DNA of 64,000 bases from Mobula birostris (Eukaryota), in assembly GCF_030028105.1 (NCBI RefSeq), contig NC_092384.1:17553629-17617628 (forward strand), in the 5' to 3' direction. The notes below the pieces were generated by a model. It ran no database searches and had not been told where the DNA came from. It was given only the letters and a program-made list of their open reading frames with translations. The first letter of the stretch is position 1; the number at the start of each line of letters is the position of its first letter. Positions 62,101 through 64,000 of this stretch are shown here, one piece after another. Position numbers and translations under genes: made by a program.

Positions 62101-63838
62101 CAAAGATTGCAGAGAGACATTGATAGGATGCAGAAGTGGGCTGAGAAGTGGCAGATGGAGTTCAACCCGGAGAAGTGTGAGGTGGTACACTTTGGAAGGA
62201 CAAACTCCAAGGCAGAGTACTTGATAGTGTGGAGGAGCAGAAGGATCTCGGGGTACATGTCCACAGATCCTTGAAAGTTGCCTCACAGGTTGACAGGGTA
62301 GTTAAGAAAGCTTATGGGGTATTAGCTTTCATAAGTCGAGGGACAGAGTTTAAGAGTCGCGATGTAATGTTGCAGCTCTATTAAACTCTGGTTAGGCCAC
62401 ACTTGGAGTACTGTGTCCAGTTCTGGTCACCTCACTATAGGAAGGATGTGGAAGCATTGGAAATGGTAGAGAGGAGATTTACCAGGATGCGGCCTGGTTT
62501 AGAAAGTATGCATTATGATCAGGGATTAAGGGAGCTAAGGCTTTATTCTTTGAAGAGAAGGAGGATGAGAGGAGACATGATAGATGTGTACAAGATAATA
62601 AGAGGAATAGATAGAGTGGATAGTCAGCGCCTCTTCCCCAGGGCACCACTGCTCAATACAAGAGGACATGGCTTTAAGGTAAGGGGTGGGAAGTTCAAGG
62701 GGGATATTGGAGGAAGGTTTTTTACTCAGAGTGGTTGGTGCGTGGAATGCACTGCCTGAGTCAGTGGTGGAGGCAGATACACTAGAGAAGTTTAAGAGAC
62801 TACTAGACAGGTATATGGAGGAATCTAAGGTGGGGGCTTATATGGGAGGCATGGTTTGAGGGTCGGCACAACATTGCAGGCCGAAGGGCCTCTACTGTGC
62901 TGTACTATTCTGTGCTCTATGCTCTATGCTCTAAGCGCTTGAACTGGCATGACAAAATAAAGGCTTTATGTGGAACATCTGTAAAATCAGTTTAGAGCAC
63001 GTTTACACACCGGGCATCCTTGCCAGACGGAAGGGATACGCGGAAACACGGAGGATCCTGAAGGAAAACAACATCAGATTTCAGGCCCTGTATCCAGCTC
63101 GGCTAAGAGTCTTTAACTACGAAGGGACAAAAAGCTACGCTGCAGTGGAGGAGGCAACAATGGATTTGGCCGTTCGGGGCTACCCATAAAAGTTATCACC
63201 CAAGCGGAGTCGTTACTGGAGTAGATTGCGCTGTGGACATGGCAGCCAGTGGAGCGAGGACGCTCCATTCGAACCACAGTGCCAAGCTATAAGGAAAAGC
63301 TGGCAGTATTCAGACGCGAACGTACAGAGAGTACAGAGAACGTACAGAAAATCAGCATATAAGTTACGTAAACAACAAGCAGACAATACAATTCATAGAA
63401 TAAAGAATCCAAAAACAAAGCTTCTGGAGAATACATTAGGGAAAATTCAAGAGGGTTTTGAAACATATTATCGAGCGCTGTACTCTCAACCCCGAGTCTC
63501 CAACGAGCCCCATATAGACACTTTCTTGATCCACCCAAGCTCACGGATTTACAAAATGCATGCCTATTAGAACCAATAACTGCCAAAGAACTGAAAGCGG
63601 CCATCTCTAGATTAAAGACCGGAAAGTCTCCAGGCTCAGATGGGTTTACCTCAGAGTAGTACAAATCGCTGAAGTCACAGCTAGTTCCATTATTACTCAA
63701 CACCTTTAATTGGATCTTACAGAGAGGAGAAATTCCACTTTCCTGGAGAGAGACGATTATCTCAGTTATTCCTAAAGACGGGAAAGATAAACTAGAATGC
63801 GGTAATTACCGGCGAATCAGTGCTCTTAATTGGACTAT
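59170..63838 (+). mobile_element. L1/Tx1-like LINE: ORF1 split by a CR1 insertion, EN missing, RT N-terminus present
   Basis: QRTHQALAP...PRSILVRFL; ILARRKGYAETRRILKENNIRFQALYPARLRV; KSPGSDGFT...WRETIISVIPKDGKDKLECGNYRRIS. Confidence 0.85.
59755..62935 (+). mobile_element. CR1 (ORF1 C-terminus to tail) with a 470-aa open EN/linker segment
   Basis: ORF 60195-61607 AITETW...YRP...GDFN...LDLVLGN; RT motifs; (ctatgct)n tail. Confidence 0.96.
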
Positions 63839-64000
63839 GTTGTGATGGAAATGAGACAGATTCCTTGGGTCGCAAAGGCCAAGAATTCTGGACACACAGC
63901 TTTAACAATAAGGAGTTTATTTACAAGGGGAGAAGAGATTGGGAACAACAGAAGCGGCTGCAATATTCGCACAAACGCGCTTAGAATAGACGAGCGTGGG
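63838..64000. mobile_element. Probable start of an LTR or other insertion interrupting the L1 RT
   Basis: Abrupt loss of RT frame at a TG start; runs off the window. Confidence 0.35.

Overview
Eukaryotic (vertebrate) genomic DNA, most likely a cartilaginous fish such as a batoid ray; this is inferred from the repeat repertoire, not from a search. By eye roughly three quarters or more of the window is decayed transposons. They include many CR1 LINEs (two near full length, with SGNH-esterase ORF1), a Penelope-like GIY-YIG element, a BovB-like RTE, an R4/Dong-like REL element in a TAA microsatellite, an L1/Tx1-like LINE, a Gmr1-type Gypsy with INT-RT-RH order, other Gypsy LTRs, a CORE-SINE and a PIF/Harbinger MITE. 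Most ORFs in the supplied track are TE fragments. The host content is a minus-strand cluster of single-Ig immune-receptor genes. One can be spliced by hand into an open 4-exon, 188-aa gene (leader, germline-joined V-J-type Ig domain, TM-like exon, ITIM tail; 774-1935). A second locus keeps a 117-nt TM-like exon and a two-ITIM tail exon (35142-35853). Several degenerate V-like and TM-like remnants are supported only at motif level. TE boundaries are approximate unless a TSD is quoted.
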